A stretch of DNA of 64,000 nucleotides, from NCBI GenBank assembly GCA_020184695.1, contig JAANOX010000083.1, positions 372,001 to 436,000 of the forward strand, in the 5' to 3' direction. A program made the position numbers and the translations under genes. Source of the stretch: Histomonas meleagridis 2922-C6/04-290x. Taxonomy: Eukaryota; Protista; Parabasalia. The stretch's first letter is position 1. Each line of letters opens with the position of its first letter. The notes beneath the pieces are model-generated. The model had not been told where the DNA came from and did not search any database. It saw only the letters and a program-made list of their open reading frames with translations. Below are positions 42,433 to 53,400 of this stretch, in pieces.

Positions 42433-43119
42433 ATGTCAGCTTCAAACCAAATTCTTTTAAGGGGAACATATATTGTTGTTCGTGTAGATGGACGTGGTTT
42501 TACTAAGTTTTGCTTACAACATAAAATAAAACGTCCAATTGATGATAGACTTTGTAATGTAATGTTAGCTGCAGGGAAAGAAGTAATGAACCAATTCCAA
42601 GATATTGTCTTTGGATATGGTCAAAGTGATGAATTTTCCTTTGTCCTTCGAAAAAGCTCAACTCTTTTTGAAAGAAATAGAGATTTAATTATATCAAGTG
42701 TTGTTTCAGTTTTTACAGCTAATTTTGTTTTTAAATGGAGTGAATTTTTCCCAAGTACTCCTCTTCAACAAGCTCCCGCTTTTGATTCACGTGCAGTTCT
42801 TTACACAACATCACAAAATATCCACGATTATTTATCATGGAGACAAGCTGACTCTCATATTAACTCGTTATATAACTATACTCTTTGCGTTATAATGAGG
42901 ACAGGATTGAGTGGCCCTGAAGCAACAGAAGTTTTAACCGGAACATTTTCTCCACAAAAAAATGACATATTACGCAAACATGGAATCGATTTTATGATGC
43001 TACCAGAGTCGCATAGGAGAGGAACAACATATATAAGAGTTAACGGCGAGATCGTTTCATCAACAGAAGATATGATTCTGGATAAGTTTTGGGATAAATA
43101 TGGATACATTGTTGAATAA
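42433..43119 (+). CDS. THG1: tRNA(His) guanylyltransferase Thg1
   Basis: IVVRVDGRGF, YGQSDEFSF, FDSR and WRQADSHINSLYN motifs. Confidence 0.92.
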   Translation: MSASNQILLRGTYIVVRVDGRGFTKFCLQHKIKRPIDDRLCNVMLAAGKEVMNQFQDIVFGYGQSDEFSFVLRKSSTLFERNRDLIISSVVSVFTANFVFKWSEFFPSTPLQQAPAFDSRAVLYTTSQNIHDYLSWRQADSHINSLYNYTLCVIMRTGLSGPEATEVLTGTFSPQKNDILRKHGIDFMMLPESHRRGTTYIRVNGEIVSSTEDMILDKFWDKYGYIVE

Positions 43120-43696
43120 CAAATTCCAAAATGATTTAAATAAATAATATTATAATTGTTTCGTAATTACCTATTAGAGGCAATTATTTTTACCCAAATA
43201 TAATAACATCTCATAATACAATTAAATTTGTAAAATTATTTCCAAAGAAGGCTTATAACAGAAAAACATGTAAAACCAATTTCAAGATATCTTGATGGAA
43301 GTTCTTTAATTGTTACATTAATATCGCTTTCATATGATGAATATGACACTTGGTGACATATTATCAACTTGTATCAATAATTTGATACCAAAAACCATTA
43401 CCGCAACGAAAGAAAAGCTGGCAACGATCAAAGGTATTATTCCGAATTGTAATCCAATACAGAATCATTAAACGTAAAGAGTGAACCTTATGCCACATCT
43501 CTTTAAGTGAACTCATCCGCCCTTGATGATTTTTATTTATTATTAATTTCATTTTTGTTGATATAACATAATAGTTTTATGTAAAAACATATGCATCTAA
43601 ATTGAAGTTGCTGATGTTATTACATTAAATTCAATTTATTTATATTTTTATCAGAATTTACAATAATTCATTTCTTCATTGAAATGCATTATTTTA

Positions 43697-45097
43697 ATGA
43701 ATGACTTTAATCAAAATATTTCTGATTTTTATTATAAAGAGTATATAATAATTTCGTTTAAATCTTGTTTTCATGTTTTTACTGAAGAAACATTCCTCCA
43801 AAGGATAAAGCATGATTTCATAAAGTTCAGAAAAACTGCTGATAGTCAATGCAGAATAAAAAATGCCACAATGCAGATAAAAATGAGTGATGAATTACGT
43901 CTGACTGGAATAAAAAGATATACCGAAGATGTTAAATACGGAAGTATTATAGACTTTAGTATAGTTGATAAAGCCATTGAAAGTCAAATTTCTATCCTCC
44001 AAGAAATTAAAGAAGAATTTCAAAAAAAACTTCAAAATGAAGAATTTGTTATGGCCCAAACCATAAATCCTTGCAAAATATGTGATGAATTAATTCAAGA
44101 ATTAGAACATGAACATCCAGATTTAGAAAAAGAAACTATCAAGACATTTAAAGAAAGGATTCAAAATGAAATTTCGGCTAAGTGTGAAGAATTTAATGAA
44201 ATTATTGGGAAAATCAAAGCAAAACAACTTCAATCTTTAAAAGAGAATATTAATTCCTTTGTAACAAATTATGAACCAAAAATTATAAAATATATTGATG
44301 AAACCGAAGAAATTGATGAATCAGAAGTTTTAAGATTATGCAGTTATAATACATTAAAAAAAGAATGCACAAAAGCTGTTCAAATGATGAGTTTTAATGA
44401 TGGAGTTTATAATGACATTCTCGACCAAGTTAATCAATACAAAAATGAGCGAGTCGAAAATATTTATAATAAAATCATTGAAGATATTAAAATTGTCTGT
44501 GATAATAATATAGAGAAAATCAAGAAAAAAATCAAAAACAAAGTAAATAAAATCATAAACAAAGAAATTGCAGAACTTGAAGCAAAACTCAAAAATCTCA
44601 CATTATCCGAGTTAACCAGTACTAATATTCAAGAATTATGTGATTCGATCGTTGAAACGTGTAATCAAACACTTCAAAATCATTATCAAACTCCAAAATA
44701 TAAAAAAGTTCTAAACGAATTCCAAAATAAAATTTGTAATAACGCAATAAGCAAATATAAAAATGAAATAAGAAAAATCCTAAATTATGTCAAAGCAAAT
44801 TATAAAAAAAAAGAAAATGAGCAAATACCAAAAGTTGTATCAAAGCCATCCGGCGTTGATGAACAACGAGAAATGATCAAACAGATTGTGGATGACATAA
44901 TTAGTACAGAAGTAAGAAAGGAAACGCCTGAGATTAAAATTAGAGGGGATTCTCTTGATATTGGATTTATAAAATATGCAATAAAATTAAAATGCATGGA
45001 AAGAATTAAATATATTAAAGGAATAAATGATTCATTAATTAATGAATTTGATTATTATATAACAAAAAGCTTAAATGTAATGTTTGACAAAATTTAG
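43697..45097 (+). CDS. Helical/coiled-coil hypothetical protein, possibly the 3' part of a 5'-decayed gene
   Basis: Long K/E/I-rich ORF; first in-frame ATG at 43697. Coding-like fragments in two frames lie upstream (43235-43480). Confidence 0.6.
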   Translation: MNDFNQNISDFYYKEYIIISFKSCFHVFTEETFLQRIKHDFIKFRKTADSQCRIKNATMQIKMSDELRLTGIKRYTEDVKYGSIIDFSIVDKAIESQISILQEIKEEFQKKLQNEEFVMAQTINPCKICDELIQELEHEHPDLEKETIKTFKERIQNEISAKCEEFNEIIGKIKAKQLQSLKENINSFVTNYEPKIIKYIDETEEIDESEVLRLCSYNTLKKECTKAVQMMSFNDGVYNDILDQVNQYKNERVENIYNKIIEDIKIVCDNNIEKIKKKIKNKVNKIINKEIAELEAKLKNLTLSELTSTNIQELCDSIVETCNQTLQNHYQTPKYKKVLNEFQNKICNNAISKYKNEIRKILNYVKANYKKKENEQIPKVVSKPSGVDEQREMIKQIVDDIISTEVRKETPEIKIRGDSLDIGFIKYAIKLKCMERIKYIKGINDSLINEFDYYITKSLNVMFDKI

Positions 45098-45674
45098 AAG
45101 TTAAGCTTGCAACAAATAAATAGCATCAAAAACGATCGTTTGACATCGAATAAAATGCAATCGTCTAATTTAAAAATCTAAAATAAATAGCTGACATTAA
45201 CAGTAGTAGGGAGATACACTATACGCATAAAAGAATGAGACCTTCTTCGCAATGAAAATGTTATAGTACTTCCTTTTGTTTGCTTTGCAATGCTCCGCAA
45301 ACAACGCAACCTTTCAAAATAAAAATGTTTTACTTTTAATATATAATCATTTGTTGTTTGATTATTCGGAATGTTAAATTGGGTATCTTATGCAAGACAG
45401 TGTTCTATTAAACTTGAAAATAGTGAAAAAGGAAAAACAGTTGTTAATATTGCAAATTTAAACCTTCATGATTTGAATGGAAAACGTTTAAAGACATTAG
45501 TTGTTTTTTAAAAAAATGGAAATCGATTTTTTTTAGTTGGGTATTTTGGTTTATTTATTTTCAAGTAATGTTAAAGATAAAGAAACTTCAGCAAAACAAA
45601 ATGGTTATTCAGAAAAAAATGGAAACTTTATTGGGGCACCCCTAAAAACAAGCAAAGGCTCTCAAAAATCGTTG

Positions 45675-46409
45675 ATGGACTCGGTCACATCCCAACGCGA
45701 TACTTTTTACAGAGCAGCAAAACAAGAAGGATGGAGAGCACGATCAGCCTTTAAGTTGATTCAAGTTGCTGATCATTTCCATCTTTTTGATAATGTAGTT
45801 AGAATTGTTGATCTATGTGCTGCGCCTGGGTCTTGGTCACAAGTATGCGCACAAAAACTTGAAGGAATTCCTGGAAGCAAAGTTGTAGCTGTTGACTTAC
45901 AGCCAATGGCACCAATACCTGGAGTTATTCAAATACGTGGTGATATAACATCACCTGAAACAGCAGAATCCGTAATTAATGCAATGGGAGGTGAAAAAGC
46001 GCAATTGGTTATCAGTGATGGAGCTCCAGATGTTACAGGACTTCATGACCTTGACGAGTATATGCAATCTCAACTTGTATTTGCAGCATTTAATATTGCA
46101 TGTTTTATGCTTGAAGAAGGTGGAACATTCATGGCAAAAGTATTTACAGGAAGAGATATCCATGATTTGTTTTCTTCATTATCACCATTCTTTGAAACAG
46201 TAACAACAATGAAGCCAAGAGCTTCACGTGCAGCATCTTTGGAGTCCTTCATTGTTTGCCAAGGTTTCAAAATGCCACCCAATTATAAGCCTAAATTAGC
46301 AGCAGATCCTATGACAGAATTTGAGGCCGACCAGCCTCTTTGCCCTGCATTTGTTGCTTTTGGTGATCTTTCTGGTTTTGATAAGCATCCAGAGTCATTT
46401 GAATGGTAA
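45675..46409 (+). CDS. TRM7: tRNA (C32/G34) 2'-O-methyltransferase Trm7/FTSJ1
   Basis: RDTFYRAAKQEGWRARSAFKLIQV, DLCAAPGSWSQV, VAVDLQPMAPI and DGAPDVTGLHDLDEY. The probable start is the ATG at 45675, not the track's alternative start. Confidence 0.92.
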   Translation: MDSVTSQRDTFYRAAKQEGWRARSAFKLIQVADHFHLFDNVVRIVDLCAAPGSWSQVCAQKLEGIPGSKVVAVDLQPMAPIPGVIQIRGDITSPETAESVINAMGGEKAQLVISDGAPDVTGLHDLDEYMQSQLVFAAFNIACFMLEEGGTFMAKVFTGRDIHDLFSSLSPFFETVTTMKPRASRAASLESFIVCQGFKMPPNYKPKLAADPMTEFEADQPLCPAFVAFGDLSGFDKHPESFEW

Positions 46410-46578
46410 AACATAGATTCGCATAATTTTTTAACGATCAAAATTCATTGATTTCCTCAAAATTGAAGAGTTTATTCATTTACACCACCCCAAACTTGAT
46501 GAGATTTAGTGAAGATACATAAGTTAAAAACCAAGTATAGAAAACTTACAATATTGAGAATCATTCACATAAAAATGA

Positions 46579-47490
46579 TCAAACAGTTATTTTATTGAAT
46601 GACTCATATTCAATGAAATGGGTTGAAACATGATTTAAACCTATTTTCCTTGAATTTAACAATATGCATGCGTTAGAAGAAGCATCAATAGTTTCCATTA
46701 GAACATAAATATTTCCATCTCTTCCCAATTTAATTTGATCAATTACACCAATATTTGAAATGAAATCTTTCAACTCTTCTATGTCAGTGCAATCGGTTAC
46801 AACAAATGCTCTTTCACATGCTCTCTTGAAAAATGGAGTTACAATTAATTCTCCATTTTTTGTTGGGAATCCATTAAATGTACGATATGCAATTCTTGCT
46901 GCGGCTGTTGACCCAAAGAATATGATGTAAAACCTAAGGTCGCCAATGTGAGTAACTTTGATACATGTTATTTGACCACACCTTGCGAAAAATTGATATA
47001 AATCTTTTTCTTCGCCATGAAAGTTTTGAACAAAAACGGGCGGTGTGGCTTGCTGTAATGGAAGGGATATGTTGGAAAGCTTCTTGTTTGCACTCTTGAT
47101 CAAGTACTTTAAAAAAGAATTTTCATTTGAAAATAATCTAACATAAATTGTTGCGCCATTAAATTGTTGATGTTGAAGAGACTGAAGTTTTGAAGTTGTT
47201 ATCTCTTCTGCTAGTTGGATCACAACAACACCGACTTTATTTTCATGCTGAAAATCTCTGAAAACAGAAACATCCTCAATGCCTGTCTTGAGTATCTGCT
47301 CAATAAAACTGTATAATTCATAGGTAGAAAAGTCAATATACTTGTCAAAAGTAATCGAGAATAAATATCCTTGAACTTCTTTTAATGCCAACGAAACAGG
47401 TTTATTGTGAATTTGTGTTGCAGGATCTTGCCTTTGAAGAGTGTATCTAATTGTATCTTTCACATCTTCAACAACTTGGTTTGGGTCCAT
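46579..47490 (-). CDS. RRM-containing RNA-binding protein (several degenerate RRMs)
   Basis: PVFVQNF...LYQFFARCGQI...YIIFFGSTAAARIAYRTFNG and YVLMETIDASSNACILLNSRKIG...VST RRM patterns. Confidence 0.75.
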   Translation of the reverse strand: MDPNQVVEDVKDTIRYTLQRQDPATQIHNKPVSLALKEVQGYLFSITFDKYIDFSTYELYSFIEQILKTGIEDVSVFRDFQHENKVGVVVIQLAEEITTSKLQSLQHQQFNGATIYVRLFSNENSFLKYLIKSANKKLSNISLPLQQATPPVFVQNFHGEEKDLYQFFARCGQITCIKVTHIGDLRFYIIFFGSTAAARIAYRTFNGFPTKNGELIVTPFFKRACERAFVVTDCTDIEELKDFISNIGVIDQIKLGRDGNIYVLMETIDASSNACILLNSRKIGLNHVSTHFIEYESFNKITV

Positions 47491-47588
47491 TTAGGGAAAC
47501 AGTTAGAGAACGTAAAATATTAACGATCAAAACCGCCGTTTGGAGAAAAAAAATATTTTTCATCAAAAAACACAAAATTTAATAATAT

Positions 47589-48839
47589 TCACAAGTTTTC
47601 AGGAGACGCCAACATAGGTGTTTCAAGTTCCTCTCCACCTCCTTCAATCTTTGCTTCATCTCTTGAAGTCATCCATTTCTTCAAATGTATATAGACTTCC
47701 AATGCAATAATTACTACAACCAATACACCTACGACTGATAATGCTCCAATTACAAATGGATTTGTCTTTTTAGATAGTCTTTCCTTAACTTCAGCTTCTG
47801 ATGCCGAGAATAATGTGCTTATTTGTATGTATGCATCTGATGGAGTTTTCTCAATGACTGGAATGTAAGCACAATTTTCATATTTATCTTCAGCTCTCTC
47901 ACTTACTTCGAAAGCTGTATCTTGTAAATATGCTTGCACTTTACAACTGTTTGGGTGTTCTTTACAATAACCACATTCAGAAGATGTTTGGATTGAATTT
48001 TCTTGACTTTTATCAAAGGCCGTGAAAAAAATAGAAATTTTGGTGGAACCAACAACTAATATATCATCTCCGTTTCCATTCAGACAACTATTTAATGTAA
48101 AACAACAGTTTTGGAAGTATAAATCATTTGCAGAAGTGGTATTAACATATGGATCAAAAAGTGACATTATAGAACCGCCGCCAAATGCATTTGATGCGGT
48201 TTTGTTGTCGTAATTGCAACTGTTGTCATGAAATTGGGATGTGAAGAATTGGATGCTAGAATGGTTAAGCATGCAAGCGCCACCGGCTACTGATGAGGAA
48301 CAATTTTTAAATAAAATAGAAATCATTATGACACTATATATGTGTGAAAGATAAATAGCACCGCCTGAATAATCAGAGTGTGAATCTGTAAAGGAACATC
48401 GAGAGATCTGAAGAAATTTATTGACCGATTCTTGAGGTTCAGATTTCTCTGAATCCAAAGGATTATTTGTATACGTAGCAATTGAACCACCAAAAAGAAG
48501 TGCTGTGTTGTTTGTATAATTAGAATCTTCTGATACGTAGTCAGAAAGGAAAAGAGCAATAGCGCCACCAATTGTTGCATAATTTGATTCAAATCTACAA
48601 TTGGTAGTTTTTAATTGTCCATTTTCAATTAAAATTGCTCCGCCAGAGGAGTTGTACAACCCATCTCCAAGAGAAATACAATTAATAAATGATGAATTAT
48701 TAACAATTATGACTGAATTTTTAAACTTTCTATCATTATTGGGCCCAGTATAAGTAAAGCCATCCAAAAGACCTTCCTGATTGTTTGATGTATCAATTAT
48801 ATGAAAAGAGAACGCTAAAGCTTGGAAAAGTGGTAGCAT
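47589..48839 (-). CDS. Pmp-like (polymorphic membrane protein) single-pass surface protein
   Basis: Alternating GGA(I/C) and FxxN motifs (SSGGAILI, FESNYATIGGAIAL, YSGGAIYL, FHDN), TM FVIGALSVVGVLVVVIIALEVYI, short acidic tail. The start is taken at MLPLFQALAF (signal-like); an ATG at 48884 is the alternative. Confidence 0.85.
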   Translation of the reverse strand: MLPLFQALAFSFHIIDTSNNQEGLLDGFTYTGPNNDRKFKNSVIIVNNSSFINCISLGDGLYNSSGGAILIENGQLKTTNCRFESNYATIGGAIALFLSDYVSEDSNYTNNTALLFGGSIATYTNNPLDSEKSEPQESVNKFLQISRCSFTDSHSDYSGGAIYLSHIYSVIMISILFKNCSSSVAGGACMLNHSSIQFFTSQFHDNSCNYDNKTASNAFGGGSIMSLFDPYVNTTSANDLYFQNCCFTLNSCLNGNGDDILVVGSTKISIFFTAFDKSQENSIQTSSECGYCKEHPNSCKVQAYLQDTAFEVSERAEDKYENCAYIPVIEKTPSDAYIQISTLFSASEAEVKERLSKKTNPFVIGALSVVGVLVVVIIALEVYIHLKKWMTSRDEAKIEGGGEELETPMLASPENL

Positions 48840-49135
48840 TTGGTTCAAAAAGTGACGTTTCTTATCGACGCTGGAGCTGATCATAGACGAAGAAAACAGT
48901 GACAAATCTTTGTAATTCAATCGAAAATAAGGGCAAACACATCTTGAACATTTGGGTTTAGAAGCATTTTTCTGATGAATTTTATTATTAACATTTCTTA
49001 TTGAAAGATTTTAAGTTTTAATATTAAAGCTTAATGGTTATGCACTGAAATTTCCGCTTTGACTTTAACATCACAAAAGAATCTTTTTCGAACAAACAAA
49101 ACATAACTAGAAAAAACAAAAAAATGCATGTTTTT

Positions 49136-49576
49136 TTAGTTGATCATCTCGGCTCTTACAAAGTATTCGTCATTATTAGCAGAAACTATTGGTGGGTTCT
49201 TTCTTTGTAATAATGGTAATGGAGAATGTCTAAGTACGAAATTCAATATAAGGTAAACAATTGCAAAGATCCAAAAGATGATTGCTTGTGCCAACCAAAT
49301 ACCATATTTTCCAAATAATAAAATTCCTATCAAAAAGAAAATGATTGCCTTTCCCCAAATCTTACATATGAAATCAAAGTAACGGAATATTGAGAACACA
49401 TATATTTCAGAGATAATAAGGAGTACGCATAAGAATAAAACTAATATAGCTATAACCATGATTTCAAATAATCGATAATTTTCAATTATACGTACAAATG
49501 ATATTATAGCGCCGAAAAGACCCAAAAGTATTGTTGTAATTTGTGAAACCAGAGCGATTATTGATTGCGGTATCAT
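49136..49576 (-). CDS. COPI-associated (Tvp15-like) small membrane protein
   Basis: Four hydrophobic helices with the ISE..Y...YFDFICKIWGKAIIFFLIG pattern of the COPI_assoc family. Confidence 0.7.
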   Translation of the reverse strand: MIPQSIIALVSQITTILLGLFGAIISFVRIIENYRLFEIMVIAILVLFLCVLLIISEIYVFSIFRYFDFICKIWGKAIIFFLIGILLFGKYGIWLAQAIIFWIFAIVYLILNFVLRHSPLPLLQRKNPPIVSANNDEYFVRAEMIN

Positions 49577-49799
49577 TAACTTTTGTTAATTAACATTAAA
49601 TTCAATAAAAAAGTTACTAACAGTAAACTTTATATAAAGTTTCATCCTATTGTATGAAAGAATTCTTTCGATATTATATGTGAAAATCTCAATGTTTTAA
49701 AAGTTTATTCCAGGCTTTCTTTGTTTTAAAATAAAAATTTGTTTCAAATCCATAATTTTTATATAAGGTATTCTTCTTTTTATATTGACCGCCGATTAA

Positions 49800-50179
49800 T
49801 TTTCGATACATGTCACTTTTTTATCCAAAAAATCGATTTGGAAAAGTGACGTTATTTATCGATTTTGTCTGGTATTTCTGAATCAAAAAAGAAGCCGTTA
49901 TTGGAACCACATCCCCTCGTGTTTTGTAACGTTTATGATACTTTGAAACAGAAGTGATTAATTTCAACAGCGAAACAATGATATATTTATTAACTTTTTC
50001 ATCAATGAAAGAGAAGGACGTCTTATTTTATCTTCTGGAAGGCTTCAAAAATTATTGAACACCACCGTTAATTTATCGATAAAACCGTAAATCGAATCGA
50101 ATCGACAATCGAACAATAATACGGCTATTTATTGATAAAAGCAGACTATTTCATCGATTTTTATCGATTCCCAACCCTA
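49800..50179. mobile_element. Possible single end of a hAT-like MITE/transposon relic
   Basis: CpG-rich segment with clustered ATCGA(T) repeats, ending in atcgattcccaacccta (reverse complement TAGGGTTGGGAATCGAT, a hAT-style terminus). No matching second end or target-site duplication was found. Confidence 0.35.
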
Positions 50180-50406
50180 TTCTTTATTCATTTTATCACA
50201 TTACATAAATTTGAGAAATTATACTCAGTATTTTTAATAAGCACCATGCCCACTCCGTTGGTTGGGTAAAATTGTAACGAGGAAAATGATAAAAAGTGTT
50301 AACACATTTTTGAATCTCATGAAGTCGAATTTATTCATCAAAACTTTTTCAATTATTTACACTGGCAAAAATTTGATGTTCTAATTAAAATAATCTCAAA
50401 TTTTAT

Positions 50407-53400
50407 TTAATTAATTTTAGGATTTACAATTAGCTGAGGATTTGGTACTTCCTCGCCACATAACATACATTTTTTATCTTGTTGCATCAAAGCAAAAGAA
50501 CTTGGCATTCCACATTTTGGACATTCGCACCAATCTTCTCTTGTCATATGCATTCCAGTTGCAGCATCGAAAGGCAAACTTGTTTTACATTTTGTACAAA
50601 CCAATTCTGAAATTGGTAAATCAAACCCGCAAACAGGGCATTTAGTTTTTTCTTCTTCAATTTCCGAAGTATCTTTTCTTCTTACAGTTGTTTGAATTTT
50701 TCGTAACATATCTTGTTTTAATTGACCTTCATATTCAGGCTGTAACAATTTTGTGGCTATTTTGAATGCGCTTTTCTTCATTCCAGCACGAGAACATTCG
50801 ACCACTCCCATTACCAATAAGTTAACTGAATGTTTTGGGAATTTATTTACATATTCTGAAAGTCTTCTTAATAACAATGCTGTAATTACTTTATTCTTTT
50901 CTTTCATTGGCTTAATTAACAGATATGAATGAACAATCATTAAACTTTTCTTCATTTCAGCACTTACATTATAATTATGTTTTTGTAATTGTTTCATTAC
51001 GTCAAATAATAAATCACGAGAAGCTCTATATTCGCCATTAGCCCTTAAATCTTCTGATATTTGTATAGCTGTTTGTGAAGCTTCATCATATCTTTGCATT
51101 ATAATGAACATTCGTAACAAATATCGTAAATCTTTGTTCTTGTCCCTAATATTCGCATTAAGGAAATCAAATAATTGTTCATAAATTTCACGATCTTTAA
51201 TTCTTTCAGCTAAATCTAATGCTCCATCTAAAGCTTTATCAGAGCCATCTGATATATAACAATTTAATGCGCGCATTGGATTATTTGCTTTCTCAAAGAA
51301 CTTCGCTGCTTGTATCATATCATTTCGATTACAAAAGTATGTTGCAATAGCTTCATATTGTTGTTGTGTACCTGAATCACTAATTAAATCTGCAAACTCA
51401 TCCATCTTATTATGTAATTCAGCTATCCGAAATGCGTCATCTGAACGATTTGCTCTTATCATGAATTCGATTGCATATCTAAAGTTATTTAATTGGATAC
51501 AATGTTCAGCTACTAAACGACATACTGAAATAATTGGATGTTCACGTGCTACATTTGCAGCTTTATCCAGATTTATTTTCAACAATACTCTAACTAATGA
51601 TTCCCAATCATTACTTTTTTCAAATGCAGTTGCAGCTGATTCTAAATTACCAATACGTTCAAGTTGTAATCCAATCGAACGTAATACTTTTGTATCAGTA
51701 ACTTTAGGTATTAAATCAGTAGCACTTTTAATCTCATTAGCTCTAACGTAACATTGAGCTGCTAAATTATATTCTCCAACTCTAACATATAATTGTGCTG
51801 CATGTGTAAATGCACTTAATTTCTCTAAGATATTTGCACATTCCGTAATAAGTTTCACATCTTTAATCTTAGCTAATTGTTGCATCCCTTGTTCAACTTT
51901 ACCTGCTAATATTAAACATCGAATTATACCATCACGTGAAGAACGCGCATAAGGTTTACACCGAATTGATTCCTTATATTGTTTGATGGCTAATGAATAA
52001 TTACCAGTAAGTTCATTCTGGCGTGCAGAATCATGTGATAATTGGGGTATCCGTGATGGGTCAAGTGTTTCCGCAAGTTTTAATGCATAATCAAATTGTA
52101 ATAATGACGCGCGCATATCAAGTGCCATTTGAGGTCTTGAAGATTCCAAAAAGTTCTTTTGCGCTGACCCGAAATCATTGTTCATCATCGATACATAACC
52201 TTTAAGAAATGAATATTCACGTTCTTTAACTATTGGCTGTAATACATTACGCATTGATGCATCACCACATTGAGAAAATGCTTCTGACGCAATTTCAACA
52301 CATAATGAATCTAACGATGATTGTCCGACTTTCTTTATGAGCTCTTTGTTATTAAGTTTAAGTGCTATTTGAAGCGCTTTACGATTTCGTTGAAGATTTA
52401 ATAATTGAAGAACCGCTTTTTCACTTTCATTCTCTATTTCATTATGTGATGGCATTATTTGAGTTTGTTCATTTGATTGTGAATCTAAATATGTCAAATT
52501 ACCATTAGACAAACAAAGTGCTGACTTCATTGATGAAATATTTGTATGTCCAATTTGTTTAAGTTGTGGTCCTAATACATTTTGATCAGTGAAATGATAT
52601 ATTGCGACACTTTTATTCCCAATTGTTACAAAGACATTTCGATCTGATATATCAAATAATGTCGTAGAGCAGTCAATTGTTTTACTTGTACCTGAAACCG
52701 ATAATATCGTTGACTTAATAGGATTGAATAAGAATACGTTATTCTGAACATCGATAAACACAAATCGAGTTTCACTTAGATTGGCGGTTATGGAGGTTAC
52801 CGATACGGGATGCTTATAACCGTCAACGAAAGATTCAGTTTGAATATTAAACATTCGAACTTTACCATCATCAGTAGCAATTAATAACAAATATTCAGCA
52901 AGTGCAAAGGTTGTAACTTTAGTTTCAATATCAGAGTCAGGGAATATAAACGGTTTTTTCGACTGATCAAAATATGTTAACATAACTTTACCTGACATTA
53001 AGACTGCATATGCATTATCACTTATTTGAATGGAATCGACTGATGATGATAATTCAATGTTGGAAAGTAATGACCCATTATTTATGTCATAAAACCAACA
53101 TTGATTATTAAATGCAACGGCAAGTTTCGTTTGACATATCGCAAGTTTTTGTGGTTGCGTTTCAATTGTTATCTTCTTAGTTTTCTTTCGATGCATATCA
53201 CTAATAATTAACGTAGTTAATGAATCAGAATAAACTGCTATTTGACATTTCGTGGCAGTAAGAATTGGGACTTCAACTAAATAAATAAGTACTACACCAC
53301 AACTAATACCAACAGCACCACATGTCCCATCAGGAGATAGTAAAACCGTTGTGACTTCACCGGTGAATTCACTAGGGAAACGAATTTGGTCATCTGTAAT

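Noticed and set aside
42433-46409. Thg1 and Trm7 (two tRNA-modification genes) within 3 kb as a functional cluster
   Set aside because: An unrelated ORF lies between them, there is no operon logic in this genome type, and chance proximity is plausible.
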